A stretch of 64,000 nt of DNA, taken from contig NW_013657632.1 of the NCBI RefSeq assembly GCF_000142905.1, forward strand, positions 124,001 through 188,000. Direction: 5' to 3'. This DNA comes from Thecamonas trahens ATCC 50062 (Eukaryota > Protista > Apusomonadida). Each line of letters starts with the position of its first letter. Within the stretch, counting starts at the first letter, position 1. Positions 34,897-44,065 of the stretch are shown here, one piece after another. The notes below the pieces were generated by a model. That model worked only from the letters and a program-made list of their open reading frames with translations, was not told the origin of the DNA and did no database searches. Made by a program: the position numbers and the translations under genes.

Positions 34897-36186
34897 TTAA
34901 CGGCGGTGACGCGAGCGGTGCGCGCGGCGCGAGCGGCGCGAGCGATGTGAGCGGTGTGAGCGGCGAGGGCGGGACGAGCGACGGGGGCGACGCGAGACGC
35001 GTGAGCGGCGTGAGGCGCGTGAGCGATCGACGACAATGACATCGACTGGCGGCGGGGACCTCGTCCGCGGTGCAGGGATGCCAGACTCGAGAGCGTCGCG
35101 AATGCCGGGCGGCGGCCCGTCGTAGACGATGCCGCAGTGGGCGCAGCGCCAGGCGTCGAGCTCGTCATCCAGCTCTTTGCGCGGCCTGGCGGTCTGATAG
35201 GCACGGCCGTGGGCGTCAACCCGGTAGGCGGCCCAAAAGCTGCAGCGCGGGCAGTGCGGCTCGTCGTGCGGACGGAGGTAGATGTGCGGCCAGGGCGGCG
35301 GGAGTGACGGATGATCACGGCGGGAGACGCTGCGAGGCCAGTCGAGGATCCAGTCCTTCCAGCCGCGCTGCCGGGCTGGCTCGGAAATGGCCCTGCTTGG
35401 CAGCGGCAAGCGGACTGAGCGCGAGTAGTGATACGAGGCGCGGTTGAGGGCTCGAGTGCGGAGGGCGCCCGAGCCGTCGTCGCGGAAGAGCGAGGCGAAG
35501 CGGTGGTAGCCGTAGCGAGGGCGGAGGCCTGCGTGGGTAACAGACCGGCGGGCGCGCGACGAGTCCGATGAGCTTGCAGACGACGCACCGGATGATGAGC
35601 CCGAAGCATAGGCGCGCGAGGGCTTGGTATGCCACAGCTCAGCGTTGTGGTACATGAGCCGAGCCTGCGCGGCAGCAAAGATGCGCTCGAGCCGGGCAGC
35701 CTCACGCAACTCTGCAGCGTCGGCATCGGCGGCGGCCATTCGGGTCTCCAAGGCGCGGGTCTTGCGGGCGAGGTCCTCGCCTGAGCTTGAGCTCGACGGA
35801 TCGACGTAGAACGGATTTGAGTCGGACGAGTCGGAGGGGACCGGGCGGTGGTGACGGGAGCGGCGGCGGCTCCAGGGACGGCGTTGCTTTGCCCAGGGCG
35901 GTTCGATGCGAAGGGAAGAGTTAAAGGCGACAAAGTCTGATCGGTAGACATCGACCTGTGCCCGTTCCGGAGACATGGCAGCGGAGCAGTCCGAGTCAGC
36001 CTCTGCAGAGGTGTAGGATGATGACGAGGAGGCAGTTGACGAGGCAGTGGGCATGCCACGGGTGTGGAGGGCATAGTCACGGTCGTATGGGTCGTAGGCC
36101 GAGTACGAGACCGAAGAGAGTGACTTGCGGGAGGATGTGCTTGGGATGGGGTAGTGGGAGCGTAGGCCCATTCGGTGGCGGGGCAT
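34897..36186 (-). CDS. Hypothetical protein with a C-terminal CxxC/CxxC zinc ribbon and Arg/Ser/His tail
   Basis: ATG at 36186 (upstream exons possible across the gap); CPRC...CAHC; tail RRSHRSHRSRRSRR. Confidence 0.55.
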   Translation of the reverse strand: MPRHRMGLRSHYPIPSTSSRKSLSSVSYSAYDPYDRDYALHTRGMPTASSTASSSSSYTSAEADSDCSAAMSPERAQVDVYRSDFVAFNSSLRIEPPWAKQRRPWSRRRSRHHRPVPSDSSDSNPFYVDPSSSSSGEDLARKTRALETRMAAADADAAELREAARLERIFAAAQARLMYHNAELWHTKPSRAYASGSSSGASSASSSDSSRARRSVTHAGLRPRYGYHRFASLFRDDGSGALRTRALNRASYHYSRSVRLPLPSRAISEPARQRGWKDWILDWPRSVSRRDHPSLPPPWPHIYLRPHDEPHCPRCSFWAAYRVDAHGRAYQTARPRKELDDELDAWRCAHCGIVYDGPPPGIRDALESGIPAPRTRSPPPVDVIVVDRSRASRRSRVSRRPRRSSRPRRSHRSHRSRRSRRAHRSRHRR

Positions 36187-36317
36187 AGTGTGCGGGGAGG
36201 GGAGGGGGGGAGGGGAGGAGTGGGAGGGGAGGGCGGTTGGGGAGAGGGGAGAGGGGAGAGGGGCGGGAGGGGGTGATGGGGGGGGGGGAGGGAGGGGTTG
36301 ATGGTGATCAATGTGGT

Positions 36318-36945
36318 NNNNNNNNNNNNNNNNNNNNNNNNNNNNNNNNNNNNNNNNNNNNNNNNNNNNNNNNNNNNNNNNNNNNNNNNNNNNNNNNNNN
36401 NNNNNNNNNNNNNNNNNNNNNNNNNNNNNNNNNNNNNNNNNNNNNNNNNNNNNNNNNNNNNNNNNNNNNNNNNNNNNNNNNNNNNNNNNNNNNNNNNNNN
36501 NNNNNNNNNNNNNNNNNNNNNNNNNNNNNNNNNNNNNNNNNNNNNNNNNNNNNNNNNNNNNNNNNNNNNNNNNNNNNNNNNNNNNNNNNNNNNNNNNNNN
36601 NNNNNNNNNNNNNNNNNNNNNNNNNNNNNNNNNNNNNNNNNNNNNNNNNNNNNNNNNNNNNNNNNNNNNNNNNNNNNNNNNNNNNNNNNNNNNNNNNNNN
36701 NNNNNNNNNNNNNNNNNNNNNNNNNNNNNNNNNNNNNNNNNNNNNNNNNNNNNNNNNNNNNNNNNNNNNNNNNNNNNNNNNNNNNNNNNNNNNNNNNNNN
36801 NNNNNNNNNNNNNNNNNNNNNNNNNNNNNNNNNNNNNNNNNNNNNNNNNNNNNNNNNNNNNNNNNNNNNNNNNNNNNNNNNNNNNNNNNNNNNNNNNNNN
36901 NNNNNNNNNNNNNNNNNNNNNNNNNNNNNNNNNNNNNNNNNNNNN
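36318..36945. other. Assembly gap
   Basis: Run of N. Confidence 1.
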
Positions 36946-37400
36946 TGCTTGCTGTGAGCATCCCAGGCGTGGATGTGAGCGCCATACGTGCAGCACGGAG
37001 CATAGAAGGTAGAGAGTGGCGTAAGGGAGGGGGGTGTTGACGTTGATCGATGTGTGTGGGTGGGTGGGATGGGGGTGTTGACGGTGATCGATGTGTGTGC
37101 GTGTGGGGGGAGGGGGAGGAGGTCGGTGGTGCTCATGGGTGATCAGTGATGTTGATAGTGCTGCCCCTCACCATGCCGTGCCATGATGCCTCACACCATG
37201 CTCCACCACCTCCTCTCATCAGGGGCTGACCATACCATCCTTCCCCCACATGCGCCCATGAGCGATGGCATCGCACCTTGTCCGCTCTGCTCTGTCCATG
37301 GGCCTCTCTCTGTCTGCCTGCAGGCATCAGGGGAGGGCCAGCACTTGTCTTCCCCCCCCCCATCCCCATCCCCATCCCCATCCTCACCCCGACTGGTGGA

Positions 37401-37922
37401 ATGACTCGGCTGCGACAGGCGGTGGTCATGTCTGTGGGTTGGGCGGTGGCTGTGGCTATGGTCTGCTTGCTGGCGGCCGGGGCGGTGGCAAGTGACCCAC
37501 CTGCCGAGTCTCCGCCGACAATGACGCTGGCTCTACCGACGGCGGCGACGATGGACGTCTATGGCGGGCCGGAGGCGTGGATCATGACACGGGCTGCCGA
37601 GTTCCCCGTTCTGATTGCTGGCTACTCGTTCTGTGGGTACACCCTGCGGGCACTGCGCCTGGTGACCGCCACCGCCGCCGCCGATTGTCTCCCGGCCTTC
37701 CTTGCCCTGGATCCGGCAAGTGGAAGCGGGACGGCGCAGGTTCTGGAGCAGGCCCTGGCGGCGGCGGATGCTGTGCAGGATGGGATCGAGCCCATGGTCC
37801 CGTTCGTCTTTATCGGTGGCAAGTACATCGGCGGCGCCCACGAGATCCTCGCCATGCACGCCCGTCGTGAGCTGGCGCCCGCGCTCGCAGCCGCCTGCAC
37901 GCCTTCCCACGACGAGCTGTGA
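37401..37922 (+). CDS. Secretory-pathway monothiol glutaredoxin with HDEL
   Basis: Hydrophobic signal peptide; active site YSFCGYT; VPFVFIGGKYIGG; ends in HDEL. Confidence 0.8.
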   Translation: MTRLRQAVVMSVGWAVAVAMVCLLAAGAVASDPPAESPPTMTLALPTAATMDVYGGPEAWIMTRAAEFPVLIAGYSFCGYTLRALRLVTATAAADCLPAFLALDPASGSGTAQVLEQALAAADAVQDGIEPMVPFVFIGGKYIGGAHEILAMHARRELAPALAAACTPSHDEL

Positions 37923-38329
37923 CTCATCGTCGCCGGCTCATTCTGCCAAGCAACAAATGGCAGCAGACGCCAAGCTTCTGCCCTGTGTCACGGACAGCAT
38001 GGCGAGGGCGACGATCGATGGCGCGATTGATGGTCACGGATGCGGCGGAGGCGCGCTGTGGACAGGGACGTGGCCCGTTGCAGATGGCAGGATAGACGGA
38101 CGCGGCGGGAGGGGAAGAACGACCTCCTCGGGGCCTGTGATGTCCGCGATGTTGCGCAGGGAGTGAGTGGCGGCGAAGGAGAAGGGTTGGGGGGAGGGAG
38201 GGGAGGGGGGAGAGGGGGGCCTGGGCTGGGCGGGCATACCAATGTTGGTGTTGTCAATAAAGGCTGGCTTTCCGTCGTCAGGAACGACTCGAAGAGGAGG
38301 GAGCTCGCCCTGGAGGCGGGGCTGTTCCA

Positions 38330-38368
<39 letters not shown>

Positions 38369-38525
38369 GAGGGCTGTTGGGGGAGTTGAGTGTGGTTGGC
38401 GCGATGGTGCGGTGGCCGAGTGGCGGGCGGCGGGCGAGGCAGCGGACGGCGGCGGGCGAGTTCTCGGGCGAGGGCTACGAGTCTGTGTGTTTGCTGAAGG
38501 GAACAGCTGGCAACCAGCAGGCCAA

Positions 38526-41500
38526 TCATTCAAAGGCAAAGGCGCCAGCAGAGCCGCCGCGCGGAGTAACCGGCGGCGGAACGTACGACGGCGCGGCGAC
38601 TACCAGGCTTGGGCGCGAGGAGCTCTTCTTGAGCGGGACGGCGGGCCGCCGCGGCTCGGGCGCAGGAGCGGTGACTTCTGCTGGAGCTGGAGCGAGAGCT
38701 GGAGATGGGACAGCGAGGGGGAGAGGCTTGCGCGAGGCCGCGCCGCCCGGGGTCCCGGCTGAGATGGTAGTCGACTTGGACGGGAGGCGGCGGCGGGCCT
38801 TGCGGCCGCCGCGACGCTTGTCCATGTGGGCATGTGCGGCGTCCTCAAACTTGGCGGCGCGCTCGAGCTCTGCGTCGGCGTCGGCGTCAAACGAGGGCGA
38901 GAACGACGAGTCGTCACCGTCGTCAAAGGCCACCTCGGGAAACGCAAACGCGGCCTTGGGCGAGTCGACATCTGCCGCACGCGGCGTTGATGGGACCGTG
39001 GCGTCCATGGCGAGAAACGGTGCGTACTCGTCAGCATCGAGCGAGACCGAGCCAAAGAGCTTGCGCTCGTAGCGAATGAGGGCCGCCATAAAGCCCGAGT
39101 TGGGACAGACCTTGGGCCGCTTCGCCTTGAGCAGGTCGTATGCGGCCTGCAGCGTCATTCCGCGGTGCTTCATGAGGTAGACAAGCGTCACCGTGGCCGA
39201 GCGCGAAATGCCCATGTAGCAGTGCACAAAGGTGGCGCGCCCGGCCGAGACAGCGGCGTGGATAAAGCCAGCGGCGTCGTCGAGGTAGCCGTCGATGACC
39301 ACGTCGGGATCATCAAAGATGTCGATTGACTTGTACTCAAAGTGCATGGGAAAGTGGTTCTTGCACTCGGAGGCCATGTTGAGAATGCACTCGACGTTGA
39401 GAAGCGTCAGCGATCGCAGATTGGATGCGTTTCGCTCAGAGCCGAGGTACAGGAGGCCGTCGATGACCTCAGACGGGTAGCACGAGTCGCGCCCGCCGCC
39501 GCCGCCGAGCACACCACCGGCGCCGGCGCCGGCGGCCGCTGCCACCATCGACGACGTCAAGTTGGTTGAGCCCGCAAAGGCAGCCGCTGCCGTCGGCGCC
39601 ACCATCCGCACCACGTATGGCGACAAGGCTGGCGACTCCTCGTCCGAGGACGTCTCCAGCCAGGTCGCCTGCTGCTTGGCGCACATGTCCGGGTGCAGCG
39701 ACTCAAAGTTGGCAAAGCCGTCAGCAAGGAGGAACACGTTGCCGACCTCACCCTCTTCGACCAGAAGTCGCACCAGCGAGTCTGCCGGCCGCTCGCCGTC
39801 GTCGCGGGTGTGCTCGTCGTAGATGACCACGGTGCGCATGGCGCGATCGCGGAACGACGACTTGCCGGCCTCGGACGTGATGAGAACCTCAACTCGGTCG
39901 AGCGTGATGTTCTTGGACGTGAGAGCGCGCGGGAGCGAGATGTTGACCGAGTCGACAATGTGGTTACGCTCGTGGATGAAGAACGACCGCATGTCAATGA
40001 GCAGCAGCCGGAACTCTTCGCCCTCGGCTTGCAGCTGTCGCATGAGTGAGACTAGCTCGGTTGGCGAGATGTGCTCGGCAGCGCGCAGCTCGCGCGGCTT
40101 GCCGTCGGCGGTACTCTCGCCACTGCACACTGCGCTTCCAGCCGCTTTTCCCTCGCCGCACCGCGCACACTCGGTCGGCCCTCCGCATGGCCCGCTCCCT
40201 GCCGCCGACGTCGCGTCAAGCGACGAGAGCGACGAAAACGACGCCCCGCCCCCCATCTCGCTCAGCATCCGCGGCTCCGACGACATCATCTTAGACGATG
40301 GCGACGCAATGCCAACAGCTCCGAGCATGAGCGCAGTCTTGGTCGAGAACGACCGCTGCCGCCGGAGCGCCGAGCTCTGAGTTGATGAAATGACAATCGA
40401 GCCCGAGCCCGAGCCCGAGCCGGCCGACGGCGAGAGCCGCTCGCTCTCCACCAGCGGCGAGACAAGGCCTGACGAGCGCATGGCCACGCTCTCGGCGTCC
40501 CACAACGCGTCGTTGTCGGGCGCAGCGGGAGCTGCTGGCGCTGGTGCTGGTGCTGTTGTTGTTGCCACTGCAGGCACACGCTGCTGTGTCTCGGCCGGCG
40601 CTGGCTCGCGGTCGGACGATGGCGACGGCGGCGATCGCGAAGGCGAGGCCGGATGTGACGACGACGACGCCGACGCCGTGATCGGCAGCGGTGACCGTGA
40701 CCGTGACGAGCTCCCCAGCGGCGGCGAGCCTGACGACGAGCCACCAGACAGTGACAGCTCGGCCGTGGGTGGCGAGGGCTGCGACGACGAGCCGCTCGGC
40801 TCGTGCGATGATGCCCTATCCGACCGCTGGCGCGTCTTCTTCTTCTTCTTGTTCCGGCTCTTGCGCGAGGCATGGACCTGCGCCAATGCATCGCCGTCGA
40901 ACCGGCCTTCCCGCGCAGCTGCCCTCGCCGCGATGGCAGCAGCAGCACCGTCGCCAATTGGCGGCGAGCCCTGCCGGCCTTGGACTGTCGACGAGAGCAG
41001 ACCAAAGTCATGGAAGGTGGTCGATGGCATGCACTTGGGCCGGCCGCCGCCGCCACCGGCCGGTGGGCCGGCAGCGGCAGCACCACCAGGGACACCAGCA
41101 GTCTCGCGTCGATAGCCCGAAAAGAGTTGCGGCGACGACGACGACTTGCGAGTGGGCGACGGGAGGACCGGCTGAGCTTGGCGAGTCGTGAGCGTTGGCA
41201 GGTTGAGGCCGCCAGCCTTGAGTCCTGCTCTCTTCCCGCCGGCCTGCCCACGAGCTCCCTTGCCGGCTCCGAGATGCTTGACCTGCAGGAGCGGAGGGCG
41301 CGGCGCGGGACCCGCACCGTTGCCACTCCGTGCCGCCACAGGCGTCGACACCATCGGAACCGGCGCAGACCGCGAGTTGGCTTTGAATGGCTGCGGTTCG
41401 GCCTCGTAGTTGGGCTCGACAGCAATGGTGGTAGGAATCTGCAGTTGTAGCTTGTTGCGCACACGATCGTTGAGCGAGCGTCCAGACTTGGACCGCGCCA

Positions 41501-41783
41501 CCGGCAGTGGGGCAGACCGGGCCTTGGTCCGCTCGCTCCGCTTCTCGGCTGGCGCCGCCTCAACGCTGCTCACGCTGCCGCCAGAGTCTGGCGGCAGAGC
41601 CACATCATGTCGTGTGACGGTCTGCGACGTGGCGAGAACATCAATGTTGCCTCTCGCTGCAAACATCGACCGAGTGCCACGGCGCGGTGTGTGCGGACGA
41701 GGACAAGAGTTGTCAACGACTAGAGATCCGGGTCGGTTAAAGAGTATAGCCCTGTCTGCATCCGCCGCATCCGGTGACCGCAT
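38526..41783 (-). CDS. Dual-specificity MAP kinase phosphatase (rhodanese plus DSPc) with a long disordered N-terminus
   Basis: Rhodanese motifs LLLIDMRS, HIVDSVNI, VVIYD, LADGFANF; DSP motifs LYLGS, VHCYMGISRSAT, RPKVCPNSGFMAAL. Confidence 0.9.
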   Translation of the reverse strand: MRSPDAADADRAILFNRPGSLVVDNSCPRPHTPRRGTRSMFAARGNIDVLATSQTVTRHDVALPPDSGGSVSSVEAAPAEKRSERTKARSAPLPVARSKSGRSLNDRVRNKLQLQIPTTIAVEPNYEAEPQPFKANSRSAPVPMVSTPVAARSGNGAGPAPRPPLLQVKHLGAGKGARGQAGGKRAGLKAGGLNLPTLTTRQAQPVLPSPTRKSSSSPQLFSGYRRETAGVPGGAAAAGPPAGGGGGRPKCMPSTTFHDFGLLSSTVQGRQGSPPIGDGAAAAIAARAAAREGRFDGDALAQVHASRKSRNKKKKKTRQRSDRASSHEPSGSSSQPSPPTAELSLSGGSSSGSPPLGSSSRSRSPLPITASASSSSHPASPSRSPPSPSSDREPAPAETQQRVPAVATTTAPAPAPAAPAAPDNDALWDAESVAMRSSGLVSPLVESERLSPSAGSGSGSGSIVISSTQSSALRRQRSFSTKTALMLGAVGIASPSSKMMSSEPRMLSEMGGGASFSSLSSLDATSAAGSGPCGGPTECARCGEGKAAGSAVCSGESTADGKPRELRAAEHISPTELVSLMRQLQAEGEEFRLLLIDMRSFFIHERNHIVDSVNISLPRALTSKNITLDRVEVLITSEAGKSSFRDRAMRTVVIYDEHTRDDGERPADSLVRLLVEEGEVGNVFLLADGFANFESLHPDMCAKQQATWLETSSDEESPALSPYVVRMVAPTAAAAFAGSTNLTSSMVAAAAGAGAGGVLGGGGGRDSCYPSEVIDGLLYLGSERNASNLRSLTLLNVECILNMASECKNHFPMHFEYKSIDIFDDPDVVIDGYLDDAAGFIHAAVSAGRATFVHCYMGISRSATVTLVYLMKHRGMTLQAAYDLLKAKRPKVCPNSGFMAALIRYERKLFGSVSLDADEYAPFLAMDATVPSTPRAADVDSPKAAFAFPEVAFDDGDDSSFSPSFDADADAELERAAKFEDAAHAHMDKRRGGRKARRRLPSKSTTISAGTPGGAASRKPLPLAVPSPALAPAPAEVTAPAPEPRRPAVPLKKSSSRPSLVVAAPSYVPPPVTPRGGSAGAFAFE

Positions 41784-43331
41784 CGCACACGTCGGTACGT
41801 AGGTCGCGTGGTCGCAGAGTGCAGTGGTGTAAGTACTCTATGGAATGCCTTCCCTCATCAAGTCGCTCAAAAACGCATCATTGTGGAACATTGGCACGTC
41901 ATACACATGCATCAAGTGCGACTTGTGCCATAGCCACCATGGGCACACTCACAGGCACACCCACAACCACACAAAGTCACACAACAACCAATATCTGCTT
42001 CCCCACCCCGCTGCTTCCCACCGTTCTGGTCCTTGCCCGTCCCGGCGATGGGGAACGCTACAGCCACGCGCAGTGTGGGTGCCGGGACCAACCAACCAAC
42101 GCACCCCCTCCCTTCCCCCCTTCCCTTGCCCGATCCTACTATCCCCCAACCATGCTCATCCACTGCACGTGTGTCCGAGGTGGCAGCCAACACGGCTGTG
42201 ACCAACAACGCATCAGCGACGTTGTTGCAGAGGAAGGTTGGAGAAGGGAGAGGGGAGGGGGTGGGTGTGTGGGGGTGCGGGCATTCACATCGACCCGGAC
42301 CTCCACCACCTTGAACATGTGCTCGCGGAGGATGCGGGAGAGTGTGCGTGTGTGGGGGGGAGGGGGTTGGGGGTGGCGGAGGGCTGGGTGGAGAGGCAAG
42401 AGCAAGGGGGGGGGAGGTGGCGGTGGAACGCGGGGAGTGCGGCCAATGTTCGGAACGGTGGCAAGAAGGCCGCGCGGCGGGAAAAAACTCCGCAGCTTAG
42501 ACGGCGGACAGACACAAAAGGCGCTATCGACCAGATGAGCGCCATACAAACCGATGGGGGAGGGGGTGCCGCATACATATGGGCTGGGCAGGGCGGCCAC
42601 GGGGGGCTTGGCTGGTGGTATGTCTGGGGTGGGTGGCTGACGGAAAAGGCCGTGGCGATCACATTCGCAATGGAAGAGAGAGCAAAAGGCGAAGGAGGGG
42701 GGGGGGGGGGGAGGGGCGGTAAAGCCGGCAAGCACAGCGCTATACGACTGAGACACATGTAGAAGGCCAGAAGCAATGGTAACAGTGATGGATAGTGCGG
42801 CAGGGCACGGAATATATGGCTTGCGCTTCGCTCTGATGGCCATGCACGAGGCAACGGCTGTGGAGCGTGTGGAAGTTGACGTACAAAGTGCATGCAACGG
42901 GAGGTGGAGGAACAGGGGCGTGCGTAAGGGGGAGAGCAACAACAAGCAGTGGTGTGTGGTGTGTGGAAGGTGCACAATGATCTACAATGGAGGGAAGGTA
43001 GATTCCAAGCTTAGATCGTACGCCACACCACCAGCCCTTCCGCGAAGTCTCACACGACGCGGGGAGGAGTTGCTTCGTCCGCCGCCCGTCGCCCCCTCCC
43101 TCCCATCGTCCACCAGCCGTCGTAGCCCCGCCCCTGCCCCTCCCCGCCACCCACAGCTGTCACGCCACCGCTGACCATCCATTCGATGGTTCGTGAGTGA
43201 CACCCACCCACAGCAGCATGAGTCACCAACAACAATGATCCTTGCTCCACTCTGGGACGTCCTCCATCCATCCACATTCCATGGCTGTGTTATACATATG
43301 TCCTAGCCGTAGCCAGTTGTTGCTTCCATCG

Positions 43332-43690
43332 ATGGCGGTGATGGACTCCTTCCCCAAGTTGGGCCTGTGGGAACGAATTGCGCTCACACTCGACGCTGCG
43401 TCAACCGCAGTCACAGCAGCAGTAGCAGCAGCAGCAGCCGAGATGCATGGCAAGCGACAGCGGTCGCCGGGGGAACTCGCCCTGATGGAGGCGCTGCCAA
43501 GCGCGGGCGAGTGCTGCCGCCGCCGGGCGCTGCCAATGCGCCGGCCTTTGGTCGTCGTGGCTACCCGCCCGGGCCGGTGCCGAGTCTACCGCCGTTCGGG
43601 GCACCGCCGCCCATGGGCTGGCTCCCGCCGGGTGGGTATGCCCGGGGCGGGCGTGGCGGAGGCTGGGGCGGTGGAGGTTGGGCTGACGGA

Positions 43691-43746
<56 letters not shown>

Positions 43747-44065
43747 AGGACGCGGGCGCGGGCGCGGACGCGGAGGTGGTGGCGGACGCGGGCGGAGCGG
43801 CGAACGCAGAGGTGGAGGCGGCGGGCGGAGGGGTGGAGGCGGAGGGGGCCGGCGGAGCGGTGGGCGTGGCGGATCATGGGTATTTAAGGACAACTTTCTG
43901 GAGGATCCGTGGGCGGCGCTTGAGGGTTCCCCGATCGGCGGCGGAGCGACCAGCGGAGCGAGAGCTGCGGCAAGCACCCGGGGGTGCGACCGCTGGGTGT
44001 GCAAGGCCAACTTTGTGGACAATAACCCGTGGGTGGCGCTGGAGCGATCAGACGTGGCCTCGTGA
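43332..44065 (+). CDS. MPLKIP/TTDN1 (SICKLE)-like RG-rich protein (frame break near 43471; alternative start 43443)
   Basis: Pro/Gly-rich region, long RG repeat, motif FKDNFLEDPWAALE resembling MPLKIP YKPSMLEDPWAGLE. Confidence 0.6.

Noticed and set aside
34659-37136. ORFs spanning N runs (also at 28718 and 57375)
   Set aside because: Artefacts of translating through assembly gaps
41800-43300. Additional genes or exons between the phosphatase and the MPLKIP-like gene
   Set aside because: Low-complexity sequence; no ORF with coding-like composition or a supportable splice model
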